A stretch of DNA of 64,000 bases, from positions 1,140-65,139 of the IMG/VR virus record IMGVR_UViG_3300047094_001064; one strand, 5' to 3'. The position numbers and the translations under genes are program-made. The notes beneath the pieces were generated by a model. It had not been told where the DNA came from and ran no database searches. It was given only the letters and a program-made list of their open reading frames with translations. Positions 1 through 8,299 of this stretch are shown piece after piece. How positions within the stretch are numbered: the first letter of the stretch is position 1; each line of letters opens with the position of its first letter. The DNA is from a virus. Lineage: Duplodnaviria; Caudoviricetes.

Positions 1-765
1 CCTCACGGTAAAATATATGGCTGTAATGCTCTTTATAGAGAGTTTACTCCTGATGTATTAGTTGCCGTTGATCCTGGAATTTCACACGAAATATATCAAT
101 CAGGTTATTGTAATAAGAACGTTGCTTATTTTAGAGAATGGATTAAATATGAGGCTAATCTATATGATAATATTGTTAATGTAGGTTTAAATAAAAACGA
201 TATAGAGAACTTAAAAGATAATTACATTGTAAATGAAAGAACAGCAGAGACAAGTAAATTTGTAATGCATGGTAGTAATTTAAAACAAATTTTAGAAAAT
301 AAAAAAAACAATAATCAAAGAGCCAATGTTAAGATTAATTTTAAAGAACTTTACATTAGTTGGATAAAAGATAACGACTATTCTTTTAGTATTGATGATT
401 TACCAATAAAAGATAAAGGTTGGTCTACCGGCGCATCATCAGGTTTAGTCGCATGTAATCAAAATCATTTTACTATCAAAGAACTATACTTAATAGGTCA
501 CGATCTTTTTAGTTATGATGATAACGTAAACAATCTATATAAAGATACACCTAATTATGTAAGAAGTAACGAAGGAGAAACTCCTTGTGTAAATTGGATA
601 TCACAATGGGCAGGATTAATATATGGTTATCCACGTGTACAATTTTATAAAGTAAACAGAACTAAAGAAGATAATAAAGTAGATAGACCTATTAAAGAAT
701 GGAATGTATATAATAATTTAAAGTACATTACATATGAAGAATTAAAAGAAAAATTTAAATTATGA
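1..765 (+). CDS. 5'-truncated DUF115/MptE/Maf-like (GT-like) protein, paralogue of 980..1831
   Basis: Frame 1 is open from base 1 (PHGKIYGCNALYREFTPDVLVAVD...) and in frame with the 265..765 ORF. It shares GCNALYREF, YLIGHDL, NNxYKDT and QFYKVN with 980..1831. Confidence 0.7.
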   Translation, partial: PHGKIYGCNALYREFTPDVLVAVDPGISHEIYQSGYCNKNVAYFREWIKYEANLYDNIVNVGLNKNDIENLKDNYIVNERTAETSKFVMHGSNLKQILENKKNNNQRANVKINFKELYISWIKDNDYSFSIDDLPIKDKGWSTGASSGLVACNQNHFTIKELYLIGHDLFSYDDNVNNLYKDTPNYVRSNEGETPCVNWISQWAGLIYGYPRVQFYKVNRTKEDNKVDRPIKEWNVYNNLKYITYEELKEKFKL

Positions 766-983
766 TAAGATGGATTGCCTGTGTTTTTGGAATTGTTGCG
801 GCAACAATACATGCTAGTGCCGTTATTTCATTACAATGGTTAGGATGGTTAATATGTTTAGTATCAATTTCATTATGGTTGTTTATTGCCTATAAAGATA
901 AAGATACTGCAAGAGCAACTATGCAATTCTATTTCTTAATTATATCGATCATTGCTGTATATAACTGGTTAAAACATATATGA
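762..983 (+). CDS. small 3-TM membrane protein (PnuC/SemiSWEET-half-like size)
   Basis: 73 aa with three hydrophobic segments; ATGA overlaps with both neighbours. Confidence 0.55.
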   Translation: MIRWIACVFGIVAATIHASAVISLQWLGWLICLVSISLWLFIAYKDKDTARATMQFYFLIISIIAVYNWLKHI

Positions 984-1831
984 AAGTTTTTTGTATTGGT
1001 AACGGTGAAAGTAGAAAAGGTTTTGATTTAAATAAACTAAAACCATTTGGAAAAATATATGGTTGTAATGCTCTCTATAGAGAATTTTCTCCAGATGTTT
1101 TAGTATCTGTTGATCACGGTATAATGCACGAAATATATCATAGCGGTTATAGTATTAATAACAATTGTATTTTTAGAGATTGGACAAAAATACCAGATTT
1201 ACATTATCAAACATTAGTATATGAGGGTATGTCAGAAGATGATATAAACAGAATTACAAAATGGGATATGATAAAACAAAATGACAAACCAAAGGGTAGT
1301 TGTGAATTTGTGATGCATGGTGCAAAATTAGAAGGTGTAGCTAAAATTGTAAATGGTTATAAGAATGATGAAATGATCATCAAAGAAAAATACGTTAATC
1401 AAACTCAATTATATATAAGTTGGTTACATACAGAAGATAAAGTAGCTTGTATTACAGATGTACTAGGCTTTGATTATGGATACTCAGCAGGTACTACTTC
1501 ATTATACGTATCAGCTGTTATAGACAAGCCAAAAGAAATATATCTGATAGGACACGATTTAAATACTACAACGGGCAATCTAAACAATATCTATAAAGAT
1601 ACAAAACATTATATGGCATCATATAATAAACAAACTGATTTTGAAAAATGGATAAATCAATTAAAAACAATATTCACTAATAATCCCGATATACAATTCT
1701 ATAAAGTTAATAATTCATTAAACCCTTTAAATAATGATGATAAAGTTAATATAATATGGGAAGAATTTAAAGGGATCAAAAATCTACATTATATCACATA
1801 TGAAGCACTTGACAAACACCTACAATTGTGA
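980..1831 (+). CDS. DUF115/MptE/Maf-like nucleotide-sugar transferase-fold protein
   Basis: N-terminal VFCIGNGESR...IYGCN, later SAGTTS...IYLIGHD, as in the Maf/DUF115/Cst-like Rossmann family. Confidence 0.55.
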   Translation: MKVFCIGNGESRKGFDLNKLKPFGKIYGCNALYREFSPDVLVSVDHGIMHEIYHSGYSINNNCIFRDWTKIPDLHYQTLVYEGMSEDDINRITKWDMIKQNDKPKGSCEFVMHGAKLEGVAKIVNGYKNDEMIIKEKYVNQTQLYISWLHTEDKVACITDVLGFDYGYSAGTTSLYVSAVIDKPKEIYLIGHDLNTTTGNLNNIYKDTKHYMASYNKQTDFEKWINQLKTIFTNNPDIQFYKVNNSLNPLNNDDKVNIIWEEFKGIKNLHYITYEALDKHLQL

Positions 1832-1842
1832 TATTATAAATA
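1809..1842 (+). promoter_or_regulatory. overlapping sigma70-type promoter and T4 late promoter for gene 32
   Basis: TTGACA (1809-1814), 17 bp, TGn-TATTAT (1832-1837); TATAAATA at 1835-1842. Confidence 0.8.
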
Positions 1843-1894
1843 ATAATGATAGCGATTATACAGCTAACACAAATACAAACATACGGAGAATACA

Positions 1895-2785
1895 ATGGAC
1901 TTTAATACATTAAAATCAAGTCACTCTAACTTTGATAAACTTACCAAAGCTTTGGAGTCTAAACTAAATCCAGAAGAATCAACATCAAAAGACAAATACG
2001 CTGACGACAGAATATGGAAACCAGAACTAGATAAAACTGGTAGTGGTTATGCCGTACTTCGTTTCTTACCTGCTTCTGAAAAAGAAGATATGCCTTGGGT
2101 ACGAGTGTGGTCACACGCATTTCAGGACAAAGGTGGTTGGTATATTGAAAACTCATTAACTACTCTTAATCAAAAAGATCCTGTTAGTGAAGAAAATACT
2201 AGACTATGGAATACAGGTGTTGAATCTGATAAAGAGATAGCAAGAAAGAGAAAAAGAAAATTATCTTATTACTCTAATATATTAGTTGTTAGTGATCCTA
2301 AGCATCCAGAGAATGAAGGTAAAGTATTCATATTCAAATATGGTAAAAAGATATTTGATAAGATTGCTGAAAGAATGAGTCCTGCATTTGAAGATGAACA
2401 ACCAGTTAACCCGTTTGATTTTTGGAAAGGTGCGAACTTTAAACTAAAAATTAGAAAGGTAGATGGTTATTGGAACTATGATAAATCTGAATTTGAGCCT
2501 ACTGCTCCAGTTGCTGATAGTGATGAGAAAATTAAAGCAATTTGGTCTAAACAGTACGCTCTAACGCCTTTCTTGGCCCCTAGTAATTTCAAATCCTATG
2601 ATGAACTCAAAGAGAAACTGAATAGGGTTATTACGGGAACTAGAAATACTGCAACTGTTGAATCTGCTGACCTCCCTCAAGCTAGAACAAATGGTTCGGT
2701 AAAAAGTAATGGTAAAACTACTCCAGCTGCTAGTGATGATGACGATACGTTATCTTACTTTAGTAAATTGGCAGATGACGAGTAA
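1895..2785 (+). CDS. gp32: T4-like single-stranded DNA-binding protein
   Basis: DDRIWKPELDKTGSGYAVLRFLP, WYIENSLTTL, FDFWKGANFKLKIR, acidic DDDD..YFSKLADDE tail; GGAG RBS. Confidence 0.97.
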   Translation: MDFNTLKSSHSNFDKLTKALESKLNPEESTSKDKYADDRIWKPELDKTGSGYAVLRFLPASEKEDMPWVRVWSHAFQDKGGWYIENSLTTLNQKDPVSEENTRLWNTGVESDKEIARKRKRKLSYYSNILVVSDPKHPENEGKVFIFKYGKKIFDKIAERMSPAFEDEQPVNPFDFWKGANFKLKIRKVDGYWNYDKSEFEPTAPVADSDEKIKAIWSKQYALTPFLAPSNFKSYDELKEKLNRVITGTRNTATVESADLPQARTNGSVKSNGKTTPAASDDDDTLSYFSKLADDE

Positions 2786-2810
2786 TCTCTCTCTTTACTC
2801 ATAACTTTGA

Positions 2811-2832
2811 TGGTGGCCAGAAATGGCCACTA
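2811..2832. terminator. probable bidirectional intrinsic terminator
   Basis: TGGTGGCCA-GAAA-TGGCCACTA hairpin between convergent gp32 and 2834..4402. Confidence 0.75.
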
Positions 2833-2833
2833 T

Positions 2834-4402
2834 TTAAACTGCTAAACTTGTTCCTATATTTCTAAAAGACCTATCATAATTATCTACTTCCATAGGAAAA
2901 GAAACTGAACTATTTTGATTTTGAGTTGACACATTATTGGTAGGAGCTATAACCATATTGTTGGCTGCTTCTTTCTCTTTCTTAGCCATATTTCTTTCTT
3001 TACTCAACTGATTAACACTATTTGCTTCCTGTTGTGACATAGGTAAGAAACGTTTATCAGGTATAAAATCTGGTCTAGGTGGTATTATTTTCTTCTCATT
3101 GTCATATGATTTAATAAAATCTTCTCTAGGTTCAGTCTTTATATCTTTAAAATTAGATGAATCTTCTCTATCTACTTTAGAAGGTTCTTTATCCATTTTC
3201 AATTTGTCTTGTTCTGTTACATTTTTATTAGGATCTTTTTCAAGTTTCTTTGTATCATCACCAAATAACCAACTAAATTTAGATTTTATCCAATCAGCTA
3301 ATTTACTAATGGCCATAATAACACCTACTACTGCTAATCCTATTAATATAAATTTGGCTGAGGCCATTAATCCTGCTATAGCGAATCTACCTAAAACCAT
3401 TGCACCTTTGGTTAATCCTGAACCTAATGAAGATAATCCTTTACCCAATAATGATATACCATTTTTTGTTAAATTGCCTAATGATGAGGTTAAACTACCA
3501 ATTTCTTTACCCATTGATTTAAAATAAACAAATAACTCTTTTGGTGCTTGTAATCCTTGTAACATTTGATCTTTAGCACCACGTAATGTTTCTACAATAG
3601 GACCACCAGCGTAATTAGTTTGACCAGGTTTAACTCCTACTAAATCTTTTCTTTGTTGTAATTTTTCTTCAGCTTTAATTATTAATTGGCGTCTGTTTAA
3701 TATTTTTTTATTATCATCATCACTTAAAGTATTTTGTCTTAATAATCTTTGTTCTTCTCTTAAAAATTGTTCTTTTCTTCTCTCTAATTGTTTTTCTTGT
3801 TCTCTAATAGATATTTTTTCTTGTTTTTCTTCTTTTAATGTTCTAATTTTTAATTGTAAATTTTCTTTATCTACATAGGTGTTAATATTATTTTGTTGTA
3901 ATAAGACTCTTTCAGTCTCTAATTGAGATATCTTTTCTTCTCTTATTTGTTTTTCTTCAGCACGTTTTTGTTTTTTTTCTTCTAATGCCTTTTCTAATTT
4001 ACTAATACTTTCATTTAATTCTTTACTAAAGTTTTTTAAATTAACTCCAAATTTTTGTTGTAGTGTATCTATAATGTCTAATGCTTTTTGGTCATCATCT
4101 TCTCTATTAGTTTTTAATAATTCACCGATTTTATATAACTCATTTTCAATACTAGGAACTATAGCTTTAGTAGCAGTTACAACTGTTGTTTGAACTTTTT
4201 GAACTATTGTTTGTGTAATGTTTCTAAGTGATTTTGTAAGTGTTTCAGTGCCTAAAGGACCACCGGTAGACTGTTCAGTATAATCTTTTACAGCTCTTAG
4301 AAAAGAAGCCTTTTTCATTAAGTCGCCTCTACCCATACCCATTTCTTCAGGTCTAACACCTAATGCTAGTGATGTTGAATCGTCTATGAAATCTTTGGCC
4401 AT
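2834..4402 (-). CDS. putative tape-measure / tail-length determinant (gp29-like role)
   Basis: 522 aa: long coiled coil, Gly/Leu/Ser amphipathic repeats and a hydrophobic stretch. It lies downstream of gp54-gp26-gp51. Confidence 0.55.
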   Translation of the reverse strand: MAKDFIDDSTSLALGVRPEEMGMGRGDLMKKASFLRAVKDYTEQSTGGPLGTETLTKSLRNITQTIVQKVQTTVVTATKAIVPSIENELYKIGELLKTNREDDDQKALDIIDTLQQKFGVNLKNFSKELNESISKLEKALEEKKQKRAEEKQIREEKISQLETERVLLQQNNINTYVDKENLQLKIRTLKEEKQEKISIREQEKQLERRKEQFLREEQRLLRQNTLSDDDNKKILNRRQLIIKAEEKLQQRKDLVGVKPGQTNYAGGPIVETLRGAKDQMLQGLQAPKELFVYFKSMGKEIGSLTSSLGNLTKNGISLLGKGLSSLGSGLTKGAMVLGRFAIAGLMASAKFILIGLAVVGVIMAISKLADWIKSKFSWLFGDDTKKLEKDPNKNVTEQDKLKMDKEPSKVDREDSSNFKDIKTEPREDFIKSYDNEKKIIPPRPDFIPDKRFLPMSQQEANSVNQLSKERNMAKKEKEAANNMVIAPTNNVSTQNQNSSVSFPMEVDNYDRSFRNIGTSLAV

Positions 4403-4405
4403 TTA

Positions 4406-4705
4406 TTAGCCTATCTGTTCTTCTTCTATTTTTTTGGCTTCTAACTTTTTAGTTTCAATCTTTTCTTGTGTTCTACCATATGCTGATATACCTAATACAG
4501 CTCCCATACAAATATGAAAGAAACCAGCACCTTGTAATGTAAGTGGCATCCATTGTGTAAATACAATATTCTTTAAATAGGTTGCTTGTGCTAAATTCCA
4601 TAGTACAGGAAATATAACAAAATCAAATGCACAAACAGCCAGATATAACCAACCCATTGCTGGACGCCATTTAGTATTAAAATTCGATTCTTTTTGATTA
4701 TTCAT
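4406..4705 (-). CDS. holin-like membrane protein (GTA 3TM holin family-like)
   Basis: WRPAMGWLY..VC.FDF...P and GAVLGISAYGRTQEK motifs; hydrophobic helices; late promoter upstream. Confidence 0.6.
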   Translation of the reverse strand: MNNQKESNFNTKWRPAMGWLYLAVCAFDFVIFPVLWNLAQATYLKNIVFTQWMPLTLQGAGFFHICMGAVLGISAYGRTQEKIETKKLEAKKIEEEQIG

Positions 4706-4710
4706 AATAC

Positions 4711-4718
4711 TATTTATA
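4711..4718 (-). promoter_or_regulatory. T4-type late promoter TATAAATA
   Basis: Exact consensus on the minus strand, 5 nt before the holin-like ATG. Confidence 0.75.
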
Positions 4719-5373
4719 TAGATAAACCTTTTTTTCTTATAGCTACTTGCACATTATTAGGTATATTAATCACATCTAATCTAGCCCAATTACAATGAAT
4801 AAATGTATCTACAGCTAGTCTAGGAGTCAAACCTATATCATTACTTACATCTATTAATTTAAAATCGTAACTATATTTCCAAAACGTTGCATCATCTATT
4901 AACAATATACCACCAGAGTTTAATAGATTAAATGATAATGTTAAATCTTCCAACACCTTATATGAACGATGGTGACCATCTATGTAAATCAAATCAAATT
5001 TTTTATTTTCATTATACAATTTATTTAATACATTAAAAGATATATCTTTATGAAATGTTATCTTATTCTTATAATCACATTTAGACAAATTATTTTTCCA
5101 TTTACTTTCTATATCATCAAAATATGATTGTTCTACACCATAATTGATACCTTTAAATGGATCTATTGTATGTAATTCAAAATGTTCGTGCTTACCTAAT
5201 TGTTCTGCAATCCATAATGAATAAAAACCTTCAAATGTTCCTATTTCCAATATTTTATTAGGTATAAGAACCTTATCAAATATGTACTGTGAATTATCTA
5301 TTGCAGATGGAGACCAGTTTTCACTAAAGGTATATTTACTTATTGGCTTGTGATTGTTCACGCTGTCTTTCAT
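4714..5373 (-). CDS. class I SAM-dependent methyltransferase (Methyltransf_24-like)
   Basis: ILEIGTFEG.YS (motif I), TIDPF, FDLIYIDGHH, LNSGGILLIDD. Confidence 0.85.
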   Translation of the reverse strand: MKDSVNNHKPISKYTFSENWSPSAIDNSQYIFDKVLIPNKILEIGTFEGFYSLWIAEQLGKHEHFELHTIDPFKGINYGVEQSYFDDIESKWKNNLSKCDYKNKITFHKDISFNVLNKLYNENKKFDLIYIDGHHRSYKVLEDLTLSFNLLNSGGILLIDDATFWKYSYDFKLIDVSNDIGLTPRLAVDTFIHCNWARLDVINIPNNVQVAIRKKGLSI

Positions 5374-5530
5374 TTTCTTCCTTAATATAAGTCACTAATA
5401 ATGAAACGTATATATCCCTCTCCCAAGGTAACATACTTTCTATTTCAGTCAATGAATATTTGTGATGCTGCATTAAGGCAAAATTAGTTTCGAAGTAGGC
5501 CTCTAGGCTACTGTGGGCGAGGCCAATTCG
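5336..5530 (-). CDS. gp51: gp51-like baseplate hub assembly domain (missed by ORF track); probably a -1 frameshift extension of gp26
   Basis: Open frame RIGLAHSSLEAYFETNFALMQHHKYSLTEIESMLPWERDIYVSLLVTYIKEENERQREQSQANK*. The first ATG (5473) lies inside the conserved motif. Confidence 0.8.
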   Translation of the reverse strand, partial: RIGLAHSSLEAYFETNFALMQHHKYSLTEIESMLPWERDIYVSLLVTYIKEENERQREQSQANK

Positions 5531-5536
5531 AAAAAA
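5498..5536 (-). promoter_or_regulatory. candidate -1 programmed ribosomal frameshift signal
   Basis: T TTT TTC heptamer (5536-5530) in the gp26 frame, 5-nt spacer, GGCCTC...GAGGCC stem (5524-5519/5503-5498). Confidence 0.7.
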
Positions 5537-6240
5537 TCTGCAATGCCAGATAAAGTTACTTTACTTACAACACCTGTTTTTGGATTAGTAACTTCAATTT
5601 CTTTTTGAAGTTTGGGCATGGTGTCAAAGAACTTTCTTATCTTATTGAATGCATCTTGAGGTAAATATTCTATGAACTCTTTTAATTCTTCGTTAGATGT
5701 ATCCTTTGAAGGATAAATTTTATCACCTTCAAATATATGATCTATGCAATCAATCAAAATAGCAAATATAGATTCAACTTGTAAATTATCTGTACCTTTA
5801 CCTATATCGTAATTTTTAAGTGTAGGATATTTCAATACAAGTCCTAAATTCTTTTTATCATCTATTACAATTTTATTTGTATGACTATCATCTACATGCA
5901 CTTCAACTTTAGTTAAATCAACTTCTGTTTCAGCATATGTTATTCCATCATCAGGACATATTGTTCTAAATTTAACAATTTCTGCTACTGATTTTGCTCT
6001 GATATTTAAAAAAATATATTCAATATCAAATATTGGTAACTTATCTACCTTTAATGTATTAAATGTACAAGCATCAACAATTTCTTTTAATGCTGATACC
6101 ATTTGTTTATTGTCACCTGTTTCCAGGGCAATGTATAATATCTTTTCTTCTTTAACTAGAAAAGGTCTGTATTTGATTTTTTTATCTTCTGATGGTAACG
6201 TCAATTCATACGTAGGCACATCAACTCTTGGCAACGCCAT
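5503..6240 (-). CDS. gp26: baseplate hub subunit/assembly chaperone
   Basis: MALP...PTYEL.LPS...IKYRPFLVKEEKIL, FDIEYIFLNIRAKSV, C-terminal G.ADFF. Confidence 0.92.
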   Translation of the reverse strand: MALPRVDVPTYELTLPSEDKKIKYRPFLVKEEKILYIALETGDNKQMVSALKEIVDACTFNTLKVDKLPIFDIEYIFLNIRAKSVAEIVKFRTICPDDGITYAETEVDLTKVEVHVDDSHTNKIVIDDKKNLGLVLKYPTLKNYDIGKGTDNLQVESIFAILIDCIDHIFEGDKIYPSKDTSNEELKEFIEYLPQDAFNKIRKFFDTMPKLQKEIEVTNPKTGVVSKVTLSGIADFFELASPTVA

Positions 6241-6273
6241 AATTATCTCCTTATTATATAATATTACTATTTA

Positions 6274-7257
6274 TTATAGATTTAATGGCGGTAAATTACC
6301 AAATGGAGGAAACACTCTACCACCTGTAACACCACCGATTGGTATACGTCTTTTAATACCTTCTAATACTTGTGTTCCAGCTCTACGTAATTCTGGTGGT
6401 AATCTATTCATTAATCCACCAAAAGCACCATAACTACTTTTTACATCTACATTTCTGAAGTTTGGTTCACCTAATGCAATAGTACCAGAACGATCTAAGA
6501 AATAATTTACCCAATATCTAAATGTAAATGTAACGTTAAACGTTGTTATAGTATCAGTATCAGCATATGCATAGTCAACAACTCCTATTGTCTTAGGGAA
6601 ACAATCAAATAATTTTACAGCATATGTTACATCATCTCTCTCTGCCTTACTAGCATAACTTCCTAATTGAAATATGTTTATATCAGATACATAGTTATCA
6701 TAAAAATTAAAGTTATGAGATTGAGTACTAAACGCAGCTGCTTGCCACGTTTCAAAGTATGATCTTTCTCTTAAAAATTTATCACTATAGAATGTTGCTG
6801 TTATATCAGCTGATTTATAATCATATGCAATTTTACGAGCTGGACCTGCAGTTTTAACTTCTAACGTTTGTATATCTCTATCTGGCATAGATATTGCATT
6901 ACAAAAAGCATTTACTCTTTTAGCATTTGAATTTTGAATAGGTATTAGATCGCTTTGTTTTTTAAATGTTTGTAATGTTTCTTCTGCACTTAAAGACGGT
7001 TCGCTTAAATCATCACCTAAAACAATTGGTTGTGCGCCTTTTGGTAAATAAAACTCTACATAAAATCTTGCCTTACGAGCAAATCCTTCTGCCTCATTAA
7101 CATATGAGTGCATTCTACCCATTGTAGTTTCTTTTTGAGGTCCTTGAGGTCGTCTAAATCTTTTATCGTTTTCTACATTGTCTAATGAACGATCACGTGG
7201 CAATCCTAATCTTACATCAAATCCACCAATACGAACTCCACCTCTTAAAATAGCCAT
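6274..7257 (-). CDS. gp54: baseplate tail-tube initiator (gp54/gp19-like fold)
   Basis: ARFYVEF, C..ISMP.R, R.YFETWQ, FYDNYV.DI.I.QL, L.DCFPK.IG; position between gp2 and gp26. Confidence 0.7.
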   Translation of the reverse strand: MAILRGGVRIGGFDVRLGLPRDRSLDNVENDKRFRRPQGPQKETTMGRMHSYVNEAEGFARKARFYVEFYLPKGAQPIVLGDDLSEPSLSAEETLQTFKKQSDLIPIQNSNAKRVNAFCNAISMPDRDIQTLEVKTAGPARKIAYDYKSADITATFYSDKFLRERSYFETWQAAAFSTQSHNFNFYDNYVSDINIFQLGSYASKAERDDVTYAVKLFDCFPKTIGVVDYAYADTDTITTFNVTFTFRYWVNYFLDRSGTIALGEPNFRNVDVKSSYGAFGGLMNRLPPELRRAGTQVLEGIKRRIPIGGVTGGRVFPPFGNLPPLNL

Positions 7258-7808
7258 TATACCATACTCCTTGAAGCATTATAAACACTACCAGCAGGTC
7301 TTTTTTGAAACTGTTGTACTGGTAAATAACAAGCAATAGCTGCTTGTGTTAAATCTATTTTTAAAAAACTAGACCTAACGTGTTTATACAAATATTTTTT
7401 AATAGTCGGTTTAATCATAGGAATATTTTTAACTCTTGCCCAGCTAACATCAAATCTAGCATCTTTCAATCTAGGACTTGTTGCATATCTTTGCATATTT
7501 TCTAATAATCTTAATCTTAATAATGGTGGTAGATAGTGAAAATTTAATCCACTGAATCCACCTTTGATAGCTTCCAATGGTAACACTAATGGAAACGTAT
7601 CGTAATACGGTAAACTTTCTTTATACTTTGGATCATAAAAGAATAAATTTAATAAACCTAGATTGGGTCTAGCAGTCAATGTACCTTGTGCCATTAATTT
7701 ATTAGCACTAATCTTTTGACCAATAGATGATATGGCGTTTTTATACCAACTTGCTGATTTAGTAGTATCGCCTTGTTTATTAGCTAATTTATCTAGTATT
7801 GAAACCAT
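7257..7808 (-). CDS. gp2: DNA end protector protein
   Basis: FFYDPKYKESLPYYDTFPLVLPL, GLNFHYLPP..R, IKKYL..HVRS. Confidence 0.93.
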   Translation of the reverse strand: MVSILDKLANKQGDTTKSASWYKNAISSIGQKISANKLMAQGTLTARPNLGLLNLFFYDPKYKESLPYYDTFPLVLPLEAIKGGFSGLNFHYLPPLLRLRLLENMQRYATSPRLKDARFDVSWARVKNIPMIKPTIKKYLYKHVRSSFLKIDLTQAAIACYLPVQQFQKRPAGSVYNASRSMV

Positions 7809-7814
7809 TTACTA

Positions 7815-7822
7815 TATTTATA
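7815..7822 (-). promoter_or_regulatory. T4-type late promoter
   Basis: TATAAATA on the minus strand, 6 nt before the gp2 ATG. Confidence 0.75.
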
Positions 7823-8257
7823 TTAACTATAGACACCTATGTCTTTTTCAGTAAAGATTTTAAACTCTAAATCGTTACCTTCACAGTACACTTTAGCGGC
7901 TTGCCATTTAGCTTGATTCTTAATATATTCTAATTGTTCACGCATAAAAGAACGTCCTTGTTTCTTTGGTTTCTTAGGTGGAAAGCATTGGCGATATGGT
8001 TTTATTTCAACCATAAATTTTTTACCTGTTTTTAACTTGAATATAAAATCTGGATAGTATCTGTGAATGCGGTAATCAATAGGTGAACGATAGATAATAG
8101 GTATTTCTTCACTAGCCCAAAACTCAATAGCATCATTTTTATCCAAATACACCATCATGCGCCTTTCCAATAGTGAACGATAAACTATTCTATTAGGATC
8201 ACCAGCGTACTTTTTAGGGTGTGTAGGTTTGTAAATTCCTTTATAACTTGTTCTCAT
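7823..8257 (-). CDS. gp4: head completion protein (nuclease-like)
   Basis: YKG.YKP..PKKY.GDP..IVYRS..E, WASEE..I.Y.SP.D...HRYYPDF, EIKP, NQAKW.AA. Confidence 0.95.
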   Translation of the reverse strand: MRTSYKGIYKPTHPKKYAGDPNRIVYRSLLERRMMVYLDKNDAIEFWASEEIPIIYRSPIDYRIHRYYPDFIFKLKTGKKFMVEIKPYRQCFPPKKPKKQGRSFMREQLEYIKNQAKWQAAKVYCEGNDLEFKIFTEKDIGVYS

Positions 8258-8263
8258 ATCACA

Positions 8264-8299
8264 TATAAATATTACTATTAATCATATAACTATTTATGG
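8264..8299. promoter_or_regulatory. face-to-face late promoters for divergent gp4 and gp48
   Basis: TATAAATA on plus at 8264-8271; CATAAATA on minus at 8299-8292. Confidence 0.6.

Noticed and set aside
5487-5524. H-type pseudoknot as the frameshift stimulator (AGTAG/CTACT second stem)
   Set aside because: The second stem would need a zero-length connecting loop; a simple or alternative hairpin is more plausible.
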